From: a virus | Lineage: Duplodnaviria > Caudoviricetes | IMG/VR virus record: IMGVR_UViG_3300032246_000731 | Span: 1 to 52,602 of that record | Length of the DNA: 52,602 bases | Direction: 5' to 3' (one strand) | In this document: positions 28,121-37,598 of the stretch, piece after piece | How positions within the stretch are numbered: position 1 is the first letter of the stretch | How the letters are laid out: the number at the start of each line of letters is the position of its first letter | Translations under genes and position numbers: made by a program | Notes under the pieces: model-generated | What the model saw: the letters and a program-made list of their open reading frames with translations, nothing else | The model's database searches: none | Told to the model about the DNA's origin: nothing

Positions 28121-29038
28121 TCACAGCATAGACAATCTAATTAGGGTAGCTGACAAATTGATTTCCTGATCAATGATCATAGTATTGTCAACTAATCCTT
28201 GTTTAATTACAAGGATAGCCTTATTCTGTTTTTGCTCATCGGCACCAAATACTTCAATGTTATCATACATCCATCGATATATTTCTGGCATCTCTTCGGG
28301 TCTGACCTTTGAACATAGCAATTTTCTAGCCTCGAGTATTTTACCAGCTTTAAATAGTTCGACCATTTCAAATTTATAATCCAAACTTCCTGCATCTTCT
28401 TTATTAGGACTATGCAACTGATTTGCGTTTGTATTTTGTTGTAGCAAATTAATACACTTACGCAAATCTGGGTATGATGTACTAACATACAAGTCTAATG
28501 TTTCTAAATCAAATTCGATATCTTCTTCTACAAGAATCGTAGCACACCGAGCAGTAAATTCTGTCTGATCCAGTTTGGTAAAGTGAAACTGTTGGCAACG
28601 ACTATGCAGTGCCGGAACAACCATATTTGGATTATTACAGGTTAAAATGAACCTAGCATAAGAGCTGTACTCTTCGATAATACCTTTTAAACTATCCTGC
28701 GCTTGCGGACTAAGTCGATCTGCTTCGTCTAGTAACACAACCTTAAACGGTCCCCATGCGATGCTTTGAATAAATGGAACAATCTTGTTACGAATAAAGT
28801 CAATACCAGTTTCTCGACTTGCATTAACCTCAAGCAAATCTGCATCTTCGATACCAATTTCGTTAACTAGCATCTTAGCCATCGTGGTTTTTCCGATGCC
28901 CGGAGTACCACTAAGCAGTAAATGTGGAATTGATTTTTCTTTGATCCAGCTTTCCACTTGACGTTTCTGCGCATTATCACGCCATACGTATCCTTCTAGT
29001 TTGCTAGGACGATATTTTTCTACCCATAATTCAATCAT
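28121..29038 (-). CDS. Clamp loader AAA+ subunit (gp44/RFC-small-like)
   Basis: LWVEKYRP, GTPGIGKT, EVNAS, LLDEAD, HSRC, DLRKCIN. Confidence 0.93.
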   Translation of the reverse strand: MIELWVEKYRPSKLEGYVWRDNAQKRQVESWIKEKSIPHLLLSGTPGIGKTTMAKMLVNEIGIEDADLLEVNASRETGIDFIRNKIVPFIQSIAWGPFKVVLLDEADRLSPQAQDSLKGIIEEYSSYARFILTCNNPNMVVPALHSRCQQFHFTKLDQTEFTARCATILVEEDIEFDLETLDLYVSTSYPDLRKCINLLQQNTNANQLHSPNKEDAGSLDYKFEMVELFKAGKILEARKLLCSKVRPEEMPEIYRWMYDNIEVFGADEQKQNKAILVIKQGLVDNTMIIDQEINLSATLIRLSML

Positions 29039-29256
29039 TGTATTACCGATCTTTCAAATGTTTTTACTTTATCTCTGCTAGATGAAATATTATCGACTAT
29101 TTGATTATATTCATCTTCACTAAGAGCACTTTTATAAATGGTTAATGCTTGTGCCATCATAATGCCAGCTACTGCCATAGGGCTGTTTTCTGCACACATA
29201 TGATCTGCAAATTCTAAGAATGTGCCGTAGAGTCTTTGTAGCTTGTCATCGTTCAT
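29035..29256 (-). CDS. Hypothetical protein
   Basis: 73-aa ORF with ATGA overlaps. Confidence 0.65.
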   Translation of the reverse strand: MNDDKLQRLYGTFLEFADHMCAENSPMAVAGIMMAQALTIYKSALSEDEYNQIVDNISSSRDKVKTFERSVIQ

Positions 29257-29483
29257 ACTAGTTCCTCGGCAACACCTAGGAATTCTGCTAGTAAAAATAG
29301 TACTGCGGCTGTTTGAATTTCATAGTATGCTAAAAATCCGCAAGCAATAATCCTCAATCCGCTTTTTACTAAACTTACATTTTTATGTGTGAAGAATTTT
29401 TTATTAGATTGAATAATATTACTGCTATCTAAAACATTCTTTGCTTTTTTAATATCTTCTAGTGCTTCGCCATGTGTACTCAT
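29253..29483 (-). CDS. Small membrane protein
   Basis: SLVKSGLRIIAC...LLAEFLGVAEELV hydrophobic C-terminal half. Confidence 0.65.
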   Translation of the reverse strand: MSTHGEALEDIKKAKNVLDSSNIIQSNKKFFTHKNVSLVKSGLRIIACGFLAYYEIQTAAVLFLLAEFLGVAEELV

Positions 29484-29492
29484 AATTTTTCC

Positions 29493-29633
29493 TTATAGTG
29501 TTGATAATAACGAGTGGATATCCCAACCTAACAACAATGACCAAAGCATAGCCCAGCCAATTCGTCCGTTTTCATATTCTTGTTTGGCAAAATATATTGC
29601 CATCAATGTTAATACTACATTCATAAAAAACAT
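29493..29633 (-). CDS. Small membrane protein (46 aa)
   Basis: Manual translation MFFMNVVLTLMAIYFAKQEYENGRIGWAMLWSLLLGWDIHSLLSTL; AGGAG RBS and promoter upstream. Confidence 0.6.
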   Translation of the reverse strand: MFFMNVVLTLMAIYFAKQEYENGRIGWAMLWSLLLGWDIHSLLSTL

Positions 29634-29653
29634 GAGATTCTCCTATATAACCT

Positions 29654-29682
29654 AGTATACAGGTGAAAACAGGGCTAGTCAA
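29654..29682 (-). promoter_or_regulatory. Sigma70-type promoter with extended -10
   Basis: TTGACT-17 bp-TATACT with TG just before the -10. Confidence 0.75.
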
Positions 29683-29690
29683 TAGCCCTG
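29666..29690 (-). terminator. Intrinsic terminator after groES
   Basis: CAGGGCTA-TTGAC-TAGCCCTG-TTTT. Confidence 0.7.
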
Positions 29691-29708
29691 TCACTCAAAC
29701 ACTCTAGT

Positions 29709-30137
29709 TTATTGTTCGAAACTTGGACGAGAAAACGTGCTAGGATCAAATGTAGCATGTGATACTTGACTATGTGCGCCGAATGTATCTTCAGTAGGAG
29801 GTTCTTCACTAACTACTAAAATAGCTTTGATGTCTGCTCGACGTACAGTAATTTCTGTACCATCTTCTTCCTCGACGATAACACCACGGGTCCACCGACC
29901 ATGTTCAAGCAAAATCCAATCGCCAACTTTTACATCGTGTTGTTGTGGTCCAATAGCCCAAACTCTTCCCCAACGATGCCTGACACCTTCGCTTTTGCCA
30001 TCATCACTAGGCAACACAATGCCTCCCTTTGATACACGAGCATCAAAGTTCATATCTGTAATTAATACATTATCACGTATTGGAACAAGTTTGCCTTTTA
30101 TCTTGCTGGTTAAACCGGAGCTAAGTGATAAATTCAT
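29709..30137 (-). CDS. groES: GroES-like co-chaperonin
   Basis: LVPIRDNVLI, SKGGIVLP, GRVWAIGP, VKVGDWIL. Confidence 0.85.
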   Translation of the reverse strand: MNLSLSSGLTSKIKGKLVPIRDNVLITDMNFDARVSKGGIVLPSDDGKSEGVRHRWGRVWAIGPQQHDVKVGDWILLEHGRWTRGVIVEEEDGTEITVRRADIKAILVVSEEPPTEDTFGAHSQVSHATFDPSTFSRPSFEQ

Positions 30138-30355
30138 ACACCACCTGTTGGGTCGTTAGCATTTTGACGTTCTGCTAATAATTCTTCACGTGTTTTAACA
30201 ATCGTGCCACCTGGCCCTAATTTGTCGCCACGTGCATTGACACGCATATTACCAACAGCAATAGTCATCTCGTTTTGATTAACTAATTTGCCCATATCAA
30301 TTTCTTTACCCTGCATTGTACGATAAATGTGTTTTGGTTGTTCTTTCATTCCCAT
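30134..30355 (-). CDS. Hypothetical phage protein
   Basis: 73 aa, AVGNMRVNARGDKLGPGG; AGGAG RBS. Confidence 0.7.
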   Translation of the reverse strand: MGMKEQPKHIYRTMQGKEIDMGKLVNQNEMTIAVGNMRVNARGDKLGPGGTIVKTREELLAERQNANDPTGGV

Positions 30356-30381
30356 ATTAATCTCCTGGATTATAATACTAC

Positions 30382-30894
30382 TTATCTGAGGAATTCCTGC
30401 CAGTCTAAATTATATTTTATACTGTCAATTTTGTGTACACCAATCAAGTACAGTATATAACTGGCAACACTGGATCCCCGGCCCACACCCCAGACTATGC
30501 TATTAGCTCTACAAGTATCTACAAAGTATTTTAACCAACGCAACAAGTCTATCATATTACGTTCTTTAAAGGCCGCAAGTTCTTCTGCGACTCTAGTATG
30601 TTGTGGATCCCACGGCGGAGTTTGCTCCCATATCCATTCTTCAATATCTAGCTGTTTATATTCATCAGGCATGTTCCAATTACTTTGGCAAGCTGAATCG
30701 TAATCGGATATTTCAAAGTGAGTTTCGTAGGGTTCTAAAAATTTAAAACCTAGTTGGGCTTCGAGTTGATTTATAGTATCTGTCCTCGAATCGACCAATA
30801 GCGTATCGGAGGCCGAAAACTTATGACCTTTATACAAAGCTTCGAACAAGTCTTGTTCGTTGAAAATTGGATTACTATATTTGTCTAGATGCAT
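30382..30894 (-). CDS. Stand-alone fragment of DNA polymerase III alpha (DnaE) region
   Basis: RVAEEL, YFVD...GVGRGSSVASYILYLIGVHKIDSIKYNL match DnaE; ends before the catalytic PDxD. Confidence 0.8.
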   Translation of the reverse strand: MHLDKYSNPIFNEQDLFEALYKGHKFSASDTLLVDSRTDTINQLEAQLGFKFLEPYETHFEISDYDSACQSNWNMPDEYKQLDIEEWIWEQTPPWDPQHTRVAEELAAFKERNMIDLLRWLKYFVDTCRANSIVWGVGRGSSVASYILYLIGVHKIDSIKYNLDWQEFLR

Positions 30895-30900
30895 TCAGCT

Positions 30901-30929
30901 ATATTAGCTGACTTTAATCAAGTTGTCAA
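30901..30929 (-). promoter_or_regulatory. Sigma70-type promoter, probably giving a leaderless mRNA
   Basis: TTGACA-17 bp-TAATAT, with ATG only 6 nt after the -10 and no SD. Confidence 0.65.
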
Positions 30930-31128
30930 GACTTTTATCTTTCATTTGCTCTTCCCACAGACGGCGATTGCGCTCGGAAAGTTCATATCTCAAAGTGTCC
31001 AGGATTTGAGCAATTTGTCTCTGTACATCTGGATTCTGACTCAGGAAATACTTTTTAGTTAAATCGTTAATCTTACTATGTATTTCCTGTTCCTTCAATT
31101 CGGCCAAATCAGGAAGTAGTGGATGCAT
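30904..31128 (-). CDS. Hypothetical helical protein
   Basis: Start moved to ATG 31128 (MHPLLPDL) just after the upstream stop. Confidence 0.65.
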   Translation of the reverse strand: MHPLLPDLAELKEQEIHSKINDLTKKYFLSQNPDVQRQIAQILDTLRYELSERNRRLWEEQMKDKSLDNLIKVS

Positions 31129-31130
31129 TT

Positions 31131-32480
31131 TTAGTTGTATTCGCCAATGTAACGCATATAAACGTTTGAACCGCCATCGCGAGTCCATGCTTCGATTACT
31201 TTTGGATTATCACCAGTCAATGCTGTAATTGTAGTAGCTACTGTAAATGTTCCGCTACCACCACCGCCCGAAAATCCAACTGTTGGATTGCTAGTGTATC
31301 CATCACCATAGCTGGTAATGTTAATGCCACCGATTGTAAATTGCATTACAACACGAGCGCCGGTTCCTTGTGTAGTACCTGTTCCGCTGAGTGAGCTAGT
31401 AGAGTATGAACCGTTGCCTAATGGAAGTGGTAAAGTTCCACCGCTTACAACTTGTAAATTGCCGATTGGCCCAGTACTGTCCGCAGTTACATAAGTTATA
31501 GTTACACCGGTAGCGCCAGCTTGAGCGGATTGACTCATTTTAATAGAATTAGCTGGCATCGAAGCTGTACCAGCGACACCGGTAGCTGTTACCCCAGTTG
31601 GGTTATAATCGCTAACCGTAGTACCAACTTGCAGACCTGCACCGCTGATAGCGACTCCTACAGCAATATTTCTAAAATCACTAACAGCAGTTATGTTTAC
31701 TTGGCTATTTGTTGTTGTAGCAGTAAATGTTTGATTCAACGAAGTAACTTGTAAAATAATACCAGGGAAGGCATTAACAACCATCTGATCGTTTAATTTA
31801 TATCCGTTACCTGAATAGCCTCCAGAAACAGTAGCCGATAAACAAGAATACGTAGCAGTGCCAGTAGCGTGTGTACCACCTGATTGTAATCCGCCACCAC
31901 TGAATTGAATAGTAGTTGCACCAGTAAATCCTGATCCACCTTGACTAACAGTTACAGTAGCTAAACTTTCTCCACCTACTGTAATACCTTTATTGATTGT
32001 ACCTGGCAATGTTGGAAAAGCAGTATCGTAACGTAAAACACCTGCGTTCTCTGTTGAAAAACTTGGAATCTGCACAGCAGTTTGATTACTATAAATCATT
32101 AAACGTACAGCCGCATATTTGCCACTAGTTGGCCAATTCTTAAATGTTAGAGTAGCATTAGTAGTAAGTGTTACACTTTGTAATGGCCCATCTGTAACAC
32201 TAATATCTGTGTTAGTTGAAATAGTTCCTTTATCTAGTGCAACACCGTAAAATGTTTTAACTACAGCATTTGACAGCACGTTTTGTCCAAAGTCATTTGC
32301 GGAATTTTTAAATGCCGAATTGTTTTGAAGGGCTGTAATTTCAGTACTAGCTTGTCCTAGTCCTGTTTTAATTACACCAAAGTTATCTCTAAAACCTTGG
32401 CTATTATTATCTTGCCCAGCAACTGGGTATGTGGCATCTACTGAGCCAAAGTTGATTAAACTTGCGGTTGGGTTTGGCAT
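31131..32480 (-). CDS. Tail/baseplate-associated structural protein
   Basis: YPVAGQDNNSQGFRDNF N-terminal motif, Gly/Thr-rich beta repeats (GSGFT, GDGYTSNPTV); CTAAATA upstream. Confidence 0.7.
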   Translation of the reverse strand: MPNPTASLINFGSVDATYPVAGQDNNSQGFRDNFGVIKTGLGQASTEITALQNNSAFKNSANDFGQNVLSNAVVKTFYGVALDKGTISTNTDISVTDGPLQSVTLTTNATLTFKNWPTSGKYAAVRLMIYSNQTAVQIPSFSTENAGVLRYDTAFPTLPGTINKGITVGGESLATVTVSQGGSGFTGATTIQFSGGGLQSGGTHATGTATYSCLSATVSGGYSGNGYKLNDQMVVNAFPGIILQVTSLNQTFTATTTNSQVNITAVSDFRNIAVGVAISGAGLQVGTTVSDYNPTGVTATGVAGTASMPANSIKMSQSAQAGATGVTITYVTADSTGPIGNLQVVSGGTLPLPLGNGSYSTSSLSGTGTTQGTGARVVMQFTIGGINITSYGDGYTSNPTVGFSGGGGSGTFTVATTITALTGDNPKVIEAWTRDGGSNVYMRYIGEYN

Positions 32481-32520
32481 ACTATCATCCTATTTGTGAT
32501 TTCTATATATTTAGTGTTTT

Positions 32521-35500
32521 TCATACCGTTGTAGCATGATTATTAAATACTAGGTATTTATCGCTAGATTGACCTGTTACAGAATCTATTATATAACGAT
32601 CTGCGGTATAATCTAGGGTTTTAAAGTCAAAACCACTATACTTAATATTTAAAATGATATCATCCGCAGTTCCGGGCAAACAATAACAAAGTGGAACTGC
32701 TAGTTTGTATCCTAACTCCAATTTCTGTCCTGGTTGTATACTGCGCATCCAAAGCGGCAGATAATTGCGTTCAGATTCGCCAACAGTAGCAATACTCTTT
32801 CTCCAGTTAGAAACACTGCTAATGTAATGTTTGTTAGGTGAATTGTCAGATATATTGTATGCTGTGCTATCAATTGTAACATTTGATATCGGGCGATCTA
32901 GCCAACTTTCTGCTAAATTTAAACTAGCAGTATCGGTTGGATTTGCCCATATTGCGTTGCTGATATCACTGGTTAATTTTAACTGATCGCGAACATTATT
33001 AACAACGAATTCGCTAGGTGCTTGTGCGTTAGGTTCAAGCGGATCGATTATTTGCAAATAAACCACTTCGTAAATGATATTTTTATTTTTAATTGCGGCC
33101 GCTTTAGTAATGCCGCCTACATGGAATCTCTTTCGCTTATGGTTTAAACCCATAGCACCTAAATACTTGGCCGCGTTTGAAGTTTCAATGCCTGCATAAA
33201 TTAACATGGCTAAATCTTTTCTAACTCCAAAGTTTGGATCGCCCGGACGGAAAACGCTTGAAGTTGTAAAAATATCTGTATCTGAAATAAATTTTCTAAA
33301 GTTTGTTCGCTGAGCTACATTTAGCAATGGTTGAACTTTGAGATTGCTGTATAATTTTTGGTTAGGTGTGCTGACAGTTAATACAAAATCTTTAACGCTG
33401 TCAGATAATCCGTACTGATCTTTAACATATACTGTAAATTTATAAATTCTGTCAAATGTAGTTACACCACCGTCGATACTAAAACTAGGATTAGCAGAAT
33501 CAAATAAAATTAAACCTCGTGTGCCAAGTATATCATATTGATGATTGGCATCGATTGTGGTAAATTTTGCATCTAATTTAAGAGCACTATCGTCGATGGT
33601 AGTAAATCTTGCAACATTCGGAGTACCATATTGATTTACTTTGCCAACTAGTTCTCCATAAGTTGTTAATTCTATACCGGGAGGTAATGTACCAGACGTG
33701 ATTGTATAAATTAAATTACTATTAAGCACTGTTGATGCTGATATTTGTAAATCAGATACAAAGTTTGCAGGGATAGTTCCAAGATTAGAATCAGTAATCC
33801 ATTTTATAGTATTATCAATGTCGCCGATTATTCTTAAATTAAATGTTCGTCGGGCAAGTATAGGCTGAGTATCGCCGCCTGATCTTGTAGCTATAACTGA
33901 AAAAGAATAATTTTTAGCAACGGCAGGTTGGAACGGAATTCTTCCAGCAATAAAAACTTTATTATCGACAGGATTAAATGTGAGCCCTGGAGGCAATTCT
34001 GCTAGCCTCCAGTATAAAGTAGCACCGTTATTGGCAATAAATGTAATACCTGATTTATGTGCAGTTGTACAAATATATGTTCGAGTATTATAAGTAACTG
34101 CATCGTCAACTCTGTATAGGGCGTTGGTTTTCCAAGCATCGGTCGCACCCAGCGTAAAAATAACAGGATATGAATCTACTATTTCTAAAACTTCTAACTG
34201 GTATGTAACATAATTGTCGGCTCTAGCAACCCCTAAATTTCCACCAGTGAGCCATATAGGTTCTTGTAAGAATGTAATATCCGCAGTAAACAGATCGCTG
34301 TCGTTCGTTAATTGAGTGTAGTCTGCATAGAAACTGTCGTCCCCAATTACAAAAATTGAAAACTTTCTTTTTACAACAACATCGCCTGTTGATACACTGA
34401 TTAAAAATTCGTAAGTCTGATTGAGTGCTCTTGGAGCCTTTGTGGGTGTACTGTAGTCAAAATCTACAGTATCAAAGATATAACTATCGTAACCGTTAGA
34501 ACTTCTAATACCAAAGTCAAAGTACGTTGTATCATAAAATACATCATCATACGTGCCATTACCGCTGGTCTGTAGTGCAATCGCTTGAACTGGTTCGACG
34601 ATACCTGATAAGATGCCGCCAGAAGATAAAGTTAACCCGGGAGGCAAACTGCCATCGCCGGCCGCTATGAAATATGTTAACGCCTCACCGTCTGGATCAA
34701 ATGCTTCTAGTTTATAATTAATTACTGATTTACCTAATGCAAATTTTTGTCCATGTCGGCCAACTGCTAACAATCCAGGCGGAGTAACTATAACTGGCAA
34801 TTGTCCGCCGTTAACAACTATGTTAAACGTTCTATCAGAAATTTCAGTACCTAATTGAGCACGTATGCAGAATGTAAAAGTTGTAGATCTCACAACACCA
34901 TACGGAACACCAACAATATAATGTCCTTCTATTCGCAATCCTGGAGGCAAACTTCCTGATATTACTTTAAATGTAGGAAGTGTTGGATTTGTTATAGTAG
35001 TTGGAAATGATCTTGCAGTAGCTAAATCAAATGTTGGATTAAATAAATCCGCACGTTCTACTGCTACAAACGCATCTTTTTGTAGTTTAATAGTATCGGT
35101 ATTACGTAGAATTATATCAGATAAAGATGTGCCAGCAACCCAGTTATATTCCTCAGTAGGCCATTTTTGATTTTCCCAATACAAATTATCACCGTCTCTT
35201 ATTTTAACAAACTGATCGGATATAATTTTATGGAATGTTTGACCTACCATTGCACCGGGATAACGATTTTCTGCTAGTCCGCCTACCCACAGTTCGACTT
35301 TATCAATGTCAATATATGTATTTTTTAATGCTGTTGCTACCGTAACATCACCGGTAATGTCTGAAAAATTCTTATATGCAGGTAAACCTAACAAGGTACG
35401 CATCTGATTTAATAATGGTAATCCTAAATCTCGGCCACGTTGAATATTTGTTGCGGCTAAATCTAGTGCGGCAGGAGGAGCGTCTAACAAATTACGCAAA

Positions 35501-36750
35501 TCTTCAATAATATGTACGTCTAATTTATTTGTAATGTCCGCGGCCAGTTTACGCAAGAATCCGTCTGCACCGCCATTACGTTCGTAGTTAGGCCCTTGAA
35601 TGCCAAACGCTTCAGCTAATGACAGCGCCTCTGTAATATTACCTTGTTCGTCTATTCTATCTTGCGCACCTGACACAATGCTATGCCCAAACCGCATAGC
35701 GGCCGCTGAAAATTCTATAGGTATACTAGCATCAATACTTTGTTTAAATCCTGTGTATGCAGGTACAGTGCCTATAACTTTTGGCAACCATTCGTTGTAT
35801 GTTATCTTCTGAAATTCAGCAATAACAATAGCACGGGCACGTTGGTATAATCTTTCTCCGTCCCATGTAGGATGTAACGCTTTTAGATAATCTACGATCT
35901 TATTATGTTCTCTCAGCCATAGAGTTTGCATACTTAATAAATCTGGATTTTCATTGCCTCGAGGATCGCCTAGTATATAATTTCCATTTCCGTCAACTGG
36001 AGGGTACATACCATTTTGAGAAGTTCGCAATTTACCAGTTGTTGCTACACTTCCGCCTTCGCGTAAAATAACAGGATTGTTAAATGGTGTTGGTCCCTGA
36101 GCTACACCTGGAGGGTATGCTACACCGTAAACGACACTAAGATCAATCCAGCCTGTAACATCATTTATTGTACGTCCTACAACTTTATTAATGCCGGTCC
36201 CTGGTGCTAGTTGATTACGTGTAACAGGAATAAAACTTCCCGGTGTTAATTTAGTATCGCCAGCAGGAATAATTACAGGTATGAATGTATGACCTTCACG
36301 TGCAAATTCTAAATCGTGTGTTAAGAATTGACCAAACGCATACATGAATCCGCTGTATCTAGTTGGGTCAAATTCTTCGCCTTCGTTTACACGGTCCCAT
36401 ACTACATTATTACTAATAGTTCTAGGGTTAGGCAAATCGGTACGCATAGCATATATGCCGTCTGCATAACTGTTTATTTCAGCACGGGCAAATATTGAAC
36501 CTGCTGAATTACGTAATGGTGCTGTTGGATGATGTCCAGTTCCATCATAAGGTGGAGGTGTTGGAGTACCAAATTGCGGAAGTATTGGTAATGGAATATT
36601 TACAATTACACGCTCTTGAAAAGTTCCCTTATCGAAACTTGTTGTTCTAGAATCGAATGTAGTTCTTGCCTTATCTAGTGTAAGGTCCCCTGTTATTCCT
36701 GAAATACCAGGCAACGTGTATCCGGAAGGTTGTGTCCAAATATTAAGCAT
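32521..36750 (-). CDS. Baseplate wedge-like virion protein with Ig-like repeats and an inserted animal-type haem peroxidase domain
   Basis: Peroxidase motifs in roughly aa 100-565; four LPPG(L/I) Ig-like repeats; C-terminal LPLWMRSIQ...DRYIID; located among tail genes. Confidence 0.8.
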   Translation of the reverse strand: MLNIWTQPSGYTLPGISGITGDLTLDKARTTFDSRTTSFDKGTFQERVIVNIPLPILPQFGTPTPPPYDGTGHHPTAPLRNSAGSIFARAEINSYADGIYAMRTDLPNPRTISNNVVWDRVNEGEEFDPTRYSGFMYAFGQFLTHDLEFAREGHTFIPVIIPAGDTKLTPGSFIPVTRNQLAPGTGINKVVGRTINDVTGWIDLSVVYGVAYPPGVAQGPTPFNNPVILREGGSVATTGKLRTSQNGMYPPVDGNGNYILGDPRGNENPDLLSMQTLWLREHNKIVDYLKALHPTWDGERLYQRARAIVIAEFQKITYNEWLPKVIGTVPAYTGFKQSIDASIPIEFSAAAMRFGHSIVSGAQDRIDEQGNITEALSLAEAFGIQGPNYERNGGADGFLRKLAADITNKLDVHIIEDLRNLLDAPPAALDLAATNIQRGRDLGLPLLNQMRTLLGLPAYKNFSDITGDVTVATALKNTYIDIDKVELWVGGLAENRYPGAMVGQTFHKIISDQFVKIRDGDNLYWENQKWPTEEYNWVAGTSLSDIILRNTDTIKLQKDAFVAVERADLFNPTFDLATARSFPTTITNPTLPTFKVISGSLPPGLRIEGHYIVGVPYGVVRSTTFTFCIRAQLGTEISDRTFNIVVNGGQLPVIVTPPGLLAVGRHGQKFALGKSVINYKLEAFDPDGEALTYFIAAGDGSLPPGLTLSSGGILSGIVEPVQAIALQTSGNGTYDDVFYDTTYFDFGIRSSNGYDSYIFDTVDFDYSTPTKAPRALNQTYEFLISVSTGDVVVKRKFSIFVIGDDSFYADYTQLTNDSDLFTADITFLQEPIWLTGGNLGVARADNYVTYQLEVLEIVDSYPVIFTLGATDAWKTNALYRVDDAVTYNTRTYICTTAHKSGITFIANNGATLYWRLAELPPGLTFNPVDNKVFIAGRIPFQPAVAKNYSFSVIATRSGGDTQPILARRTFNLRIIGDIDNTIKWITDSNLGTIPANFVSDLQISASTVLNSNLIYTITSGTLPPGIELTTYGELVGKVNQYGTPNVARFTTIDDSALKLDAKFTTIDANHQYDILGTRGLILFDSANPSFSIDGGVTTFDRIYKFTVYVKDQYGLSDSVKDFVLTVSTPNQKLYSNLKVQPLLNVAQRTNFRKFISDTDIFTTSSVFRPGDPNFGVRKDLAMLIYAGIETSNAAKYLGAMGLNHKRKRFHVGGITKAAAIKNKNIIYEVVYLQIIDPLEPNAQAPSEFVVNNVRDQLKLTSDISNAIWANPTDTASLNLAESWLDRPISNVTIDSTAYNISDNSPNKHYISSVSNWRKSIATVGESERNYLPLWMRSIQPGQKLELGYKLAVPLCYCLPGTADDIILNIKYSGFDFKTLDYTADRYIIDSVTGQSSDKYLVFNNHATTV
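35070..36450 (-). other. Peroxidase-cyclooxygenase superfamily (An_peroxidase) domain
   Basis: PNPRTISN, FGQFLTHD, TGWIDLSVVYG, GDPRGNE, REHN, LYQRAR, RFGHS, DLAATNIQRGRDLGL, ELWVGGLAE, QFVKIRDGD. Confidence 0.92.
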
Positions 36751-36775
36751 CTTTTATTTCCGGCTAGTAAGCCAA

Positions 36776-37567
36776 TTAAGCGATTCGGCCAAAGTCTAAA
36801 TCATTGTTTATTAACGGTCCCATACCAGCTGATATAAATCCCATGTCTATATCAATAGTATTGTAGTTTGCAATAAAAATACCCATGTCCATATTAAATG
36901 CTTGTGTCTGTAACATCATGCCAAACATGGCATTTAGAACACCTACATTAATGCCATATACGTTTGTTTCGATATTTCCAGTACCTACTGTATCGATAAC
37001 TCTACGTCCGTTGATGTTAAGGTTTCCGCCCAATACTGGAGCAGTGTCATTTTGTACACCTGCACCACTACGCAAGTCAATGATGTTTGCGCCGGCAACA
37101 ATGTTAATGCTGTTATCACTGCTGGTTAAACTTTTAAATTCAGCAGTAGTGTCATTTTTATCTTTAAAAATTCCAATGGTAGAACTAATGGTTGTACCGT
37201 CAGCAGTTCCATAAACGCCGGGATCGGTTGGATAGCTTAGTGTTATACTAGTAAGTGTACTATCAGTACATAACCAATGACCGTTATACAGAGGATTTGT
37301 ATTGCCGTTCAAATAATAATATTGGCTAGTAGCAGGAATAACACTTTGCTGACTAATGACTAGTGTTACTGAAAATGGGCCAGTGCCTGCTTTGTTAAGG
37401 AACCTACTAACTACAATGGAATTTACACCCAGATTTGTACCTTCGGCAATCGGAACGTCAGTTCCTAATAAACTAAAGTTTTCGTTTACTTTTCTAAATG
37501 CTGTACGCAAGTCGTCGCCTGACCCGTCGTTTGCATAGCTTCCTAAATTAATTGTTTGAATTGCCAT
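36776..37567 (-). CDS. Tail fibre/baseplate protein
   Basis: INLGSYANDGSGDDLRTAFRKVNENF N-terminal motif (T4 gp9/gp10-type), PVLGGNLNING; GTAAATA upstream. Confidence 0.75.
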   Translation of the reverse strand: MAIQTINLGSYANDGSGDDLRTAFRKVNENFSLLGTDVPIAEGTNLGVNSIVVSRFLNKAGTGPFSVTLVISQQSVIPATSQYYYLNGNTNPLYNGHWLCTDSTLTSITLSYPTDPGVYGTADGTTISSTIGIFKDKNDTTAEFKSLTSSDNSINIVAGANIIDLRSGAGVQNDTAPVLGGNLNINGRRVIDTVGTGNIETNVYGINVGVLNAMFGMMLQTQAFNMDMGIFIANYNTIDIDMGFISAGMGPLINNDLDFGRIA

Positions 37568-37598
37568 ATGTACGCTCTCTTTTAGTATTTACCGTATT

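Noticed and set aside
18747-30894. Bacterial chromosome origin suggested by clpA, dnaJ, def, groES, phoH and dnaE-like genes
   Set aside because: These genes are interspersed with T4-like replication, lysis and tail genes and lack their usual bacterial operon partners (dnaK, groEL, fmt)
35070-36450. Peroxidase as eukaryotic contamination
   Set aside because: It is in frame within a continuous intron-free phage ORF with similar AT-rich composition; read-level confirmation is still advisable
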